Source of the DNA: Camelus dromedarius
Taxonomy: Eukaryota
DNA: 64,000 bases
Direction: 5' to 3'
Assembly (NCBI RefSeq): GCF_036321535.1
Contig: NC_087454.1
Coordinates: 20,336,001 to 20,400,000, forward strand
In this document: positions 53,280-64,000 of the stretch, one piece after another
How positions within the stretch are numbered: the first letter of the stretch is position 1
How the letters are laid out: the number at the start of each line of letters is the position of its first letter
Notes under the pieces: generated by a model
Seen by the model: the letters and a program-made list of their open reading frames with translations, nothing else
What the model was told of the DNA's origin: nothing
The model's database searches: none
Made by a program: the position numbers and the translations under genes

Positions 53280-53620
53280 CCTGCCATTCAACCATTTAAC
53301 AGAAATTTGTGGAATTCTCCCTCCATGCCATGCCTCGTGACAGGCCCCCACCCTCCATGAAAGGTGTGATGTCAGGGAGCTGCAAGGTCCTGTGCGGCAC
53401 AGAGTTGAGGCATCTGACTCAGTCTGGGGGTATGTGAGGAGTTCAGGGGAGGCTTCCTGGAGGAAGTGACATCTAAGTTAGATTCTGAAGGATAAAGAGT
53501 AGGGATAGATGAGAGTGTTTGAGGTAGAAGAAAATATAAAAGGCCTAGAGGCTGGGGACAGGACAGGGCACATTTGGGGCACGGCATGTAGACATTCATG
53601 TCTGGAATTTCGATTTGGAG
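53280..53620 (-). mobile_element. L2 fragment in the C4-CYP21 intergenic region
   Basis: CATTCAACCATTTAACAGAAATTTG and GGAGGCTTCCTGGAGGAAGTGACATCTAAG. Confidence 0.5.
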
Positions 53621-55134
53621 GTGGTATGGAACAGATGGGGCTGGCAAGGTAAATGGTGTCAGTTCATGAAGGGATGGTCACAAGCATGCCAGCATTCCAG
53701 GTCTCTCTCCTTTTGAGTGGAGGCCCCCTCCTATCCCAATGCAGCTTTGAGAAGTCCTGACCTTCCCCAGTATTTCAGAGGCTTCCGAGGACTGTTGTTT
53801 ACATGGCCCGGTTGCTGCCCATCAGATCTCTCCCAAAGGCTGATCGGCCTGGTGGTGGCATAAACCCATTTGTAAGAATGAGAGATTAAGCTAATGCTTG
53901 TGTCAAGACATGGCCTGGGGCTGGGAGGTCAACCACAAGGAAGGTACCAGCTGTTGCTGCCCAATCCCAGAAACCCCACCCCGTTTTCTCCCTCCCCACC
54001 CTAGGCATGGTTCTGGGCTGAGCCTCCTCCATCGGGACCCCCAGTGGTTAACGCTTCAAGCTAGTGGGTGGCACAGCCTTGCTTTGGTTAAATCTCTGAG
54101 CATCCCAACCCCACTGGGGTCAGTTCACAAAGCCAGGGATGGGGAATTGGGAGATGCATGGGCCTCAGATCACCTCCAAGCCATCAGCCCCACCGCTTAG
54201 ATGCCCCAACCTTTCACTGAAACCTGCTGCCTCTCTTTGGCATGACCTCTCCCCAAGCCCTTCCTATAAGCCCCTCCACTGCCTCCTCACCTGTAAAAGT
54301 GGTCCCTGACAGCCCTACTTGATCCAGTGGGACCCCACCCCTTATGGCTATGGCTCCCAGAATAGGGCTGGAGCCCTGATCCCAGCTGTAGTTATCAAGT
54401 TCCCTTCTGGGGACTTTGGAATCGACGGGTATGTTCAGCGAGGAAACCCCACTTGCCCTGGGGCTAGACCTGTAACCTGTGGGCTCTAACACCGAAGGCA
54501 GCCCTGTTCTGCCTGCACCTGGAAGCACAAGCAGCTTGACTGCAGAGAGGGAGGAGGGGTCAGGAGGCAAAGAGGAGGGAGGAATGAAGAATGAGGGAGG
54601 GGCCCCGTTTCTAAAGCTTTTCTTGTCCCCTATCCCTGACCTTCCAAGGCCAATAGGTCCCTCCTACTTTCCTGCTCTTGGGTTCCAGAAGATGTATTTA
54701 TAGAACAGTTGTGTTTGGCTCAAGCCAGCTCAAGTGGGTCACTTTTCCTTGCAACCAACAAGCATCAGGCACGTGGTAAGAGCTCCAAATTGGGGGACCA
54801 TATAATTCTTCACCTTCAACTTTTGAGAGTGAAATGGGGCACTATTAATGATGACACTGGGGCTACAGGTATAAACTGGGATAACCCAGGCTAACCAGGA
54901 TATCTGCATCCTCTACATGGAAGTTAGAAAAACACACAGATCACTTTCATCTCAGTTTGTTCTTCAGGAAATCCTGGAGGGTGTATTAGTCAGGGATTGT
55001 CATTTTCCCTCCGAGACAAACTCCAGAGCAGGAATCTGCTCTAAGGTGGGGTGGGAGCGGGAGCAGGCTCAGGCTGGAGAGTGGACACTTCTTCCTGTAT
55101 GATTGACGTGTAGCCAGAAAGTGGATTCTAGCTG

Positions 55135-55395
55135 TTCGAGAAGGTCAGGGTTGTGTTTCCCTTCCTTTCTTCTTGATAGATGAACGGAAAAAGGCCTGCT
55201 CTTTGAAATGGGGATTTTCCAAGGCCAAGAGGACTGGTGCCATTCCAGGAATGTGCCACTTTGTGGGCGGGACAGTGGGCAGGGGCCTGAGAGAAGGACT
55301 CAAGGGAGGTCTCAGAACCGCCCAAGTAGCCAGATGGATGAGGGTCTCAAGAGCTATAAGTGGCCGGGCCAGGGCCTTGGCATGGGTCTCCAACC
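55135..55395 (+). promoter_or_regulatory. CYP21A2 proximal promoter
   Basis: GAAGGTCA (NBRE/SF-1-like) at 55140-55147, SF-1 consensus CCAAGGCCA at 55219-55227, TATAA at 55355-55359. Confidence 0.75.
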
Positions 55396-57971
<2,576 letters not shown>

Positions 57972-58196
57972 CCAGTGACAGGGCAGGACTCGTGCCAGTC
58001 ACGTGCCTCAGTTTCTCCTTTTATTGCTCCCATACAAACCTCGTCCCTCCCCCCTGTAAACATGGTGCTGTGAGATCGCGGGTGGAGAAGGCTTCTGCTG
58101 ACGGCTGGATGGTGAAGGTGGCCCCTGGCTCTTCTCTCAGCGCAACCCCTCAGTGCTCGGCAGTCATAGTGGGGCGCTGGAGGGGTGAGCAGCGGC

Positions 58197-63575
<5,379 letters not shown>

Positions 63576-64000
63576 CTGTGGGGAGAGTGGGGGTGGGGGA
63601 GAAACCCTTAGTCAAGAGCTGCCTTTACCTCAGCCCTGGAAACTTCTGGGAGGAGGGAGGGTCTGGGAAGAGTCCCTGAAGTGTGGCTTCAGGGACACTC
63701 ACCTGGGGAGACAGACATGCCTGCTTCAGCCCTGCCCTGAATGAAGGAGCCCTGTCTCCTCCTCTGGAGGCCACTGTCCAAACTCCTTCCTGCCCCCTCT
63801 CCCTCCCCTCTGTGATCAGGATGCAGTAAACACATGAAAGATCACCCCGTCAGAGAAGGGCAGCTGGGATTGCAGAGAAGGGCTCAGTTTCCCCCAACCC
63901 CTGGCCCCCAGAGCAGGAACCAGAGCTGTGGTTCAGAGCTGAGAAAGGCCCCCAGAGGGTGTGTGGGTTGTCAGAGAGACGCCCCAAACAGTCAGGGCTG

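Overview
This is mammalian genomic DNA from the MHC class III complement/RCCX cluster. A tRNA-derived SINE resembling the camelid Vic-1 family and an artiodactyl-type CYP21 point to a camelid, but that is inference. The gene order is C2 (3' part, +), CFB (+), NELFE (-), SKIV2L/SKIC2 (+), DXO (-), STK19/WHR1 (+), C4 (+), CYP21A2 (+) and TNXB (3' part, -). I reconstructed the exons by hand from GT-AG boundaries. Every gene splices to an intact reading frame: CFB 763 aa, SKIV2L 1246 aa, DXO 397 aa, STK19 254 aa, C4 1743 aa and CYP21 496 aa. The NELFE start-codon exon appears to lie inside the 132-N assembly gap. The RCCX is a single module, with a short C4 and no pseudogenes. I found no wholly new gene system; most ORF-track entries are intron read-throughs or antisense shadows. 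The best leads are: a diverged orthologue of the miR-1236 mirtron intron; a disabled long-isoform start for STK19; a CTG at the codon that starts human tenascin XB-S; a consensus cryptic donor inside C4 exon 28; a four-half-site DR1 array in SKIV2L intron 1; a SINE-L1 chimeric insertion; and several enhancer-like motif clusters. All comparisons with human, mouse or bovine sequences are from recall, not from a database search.
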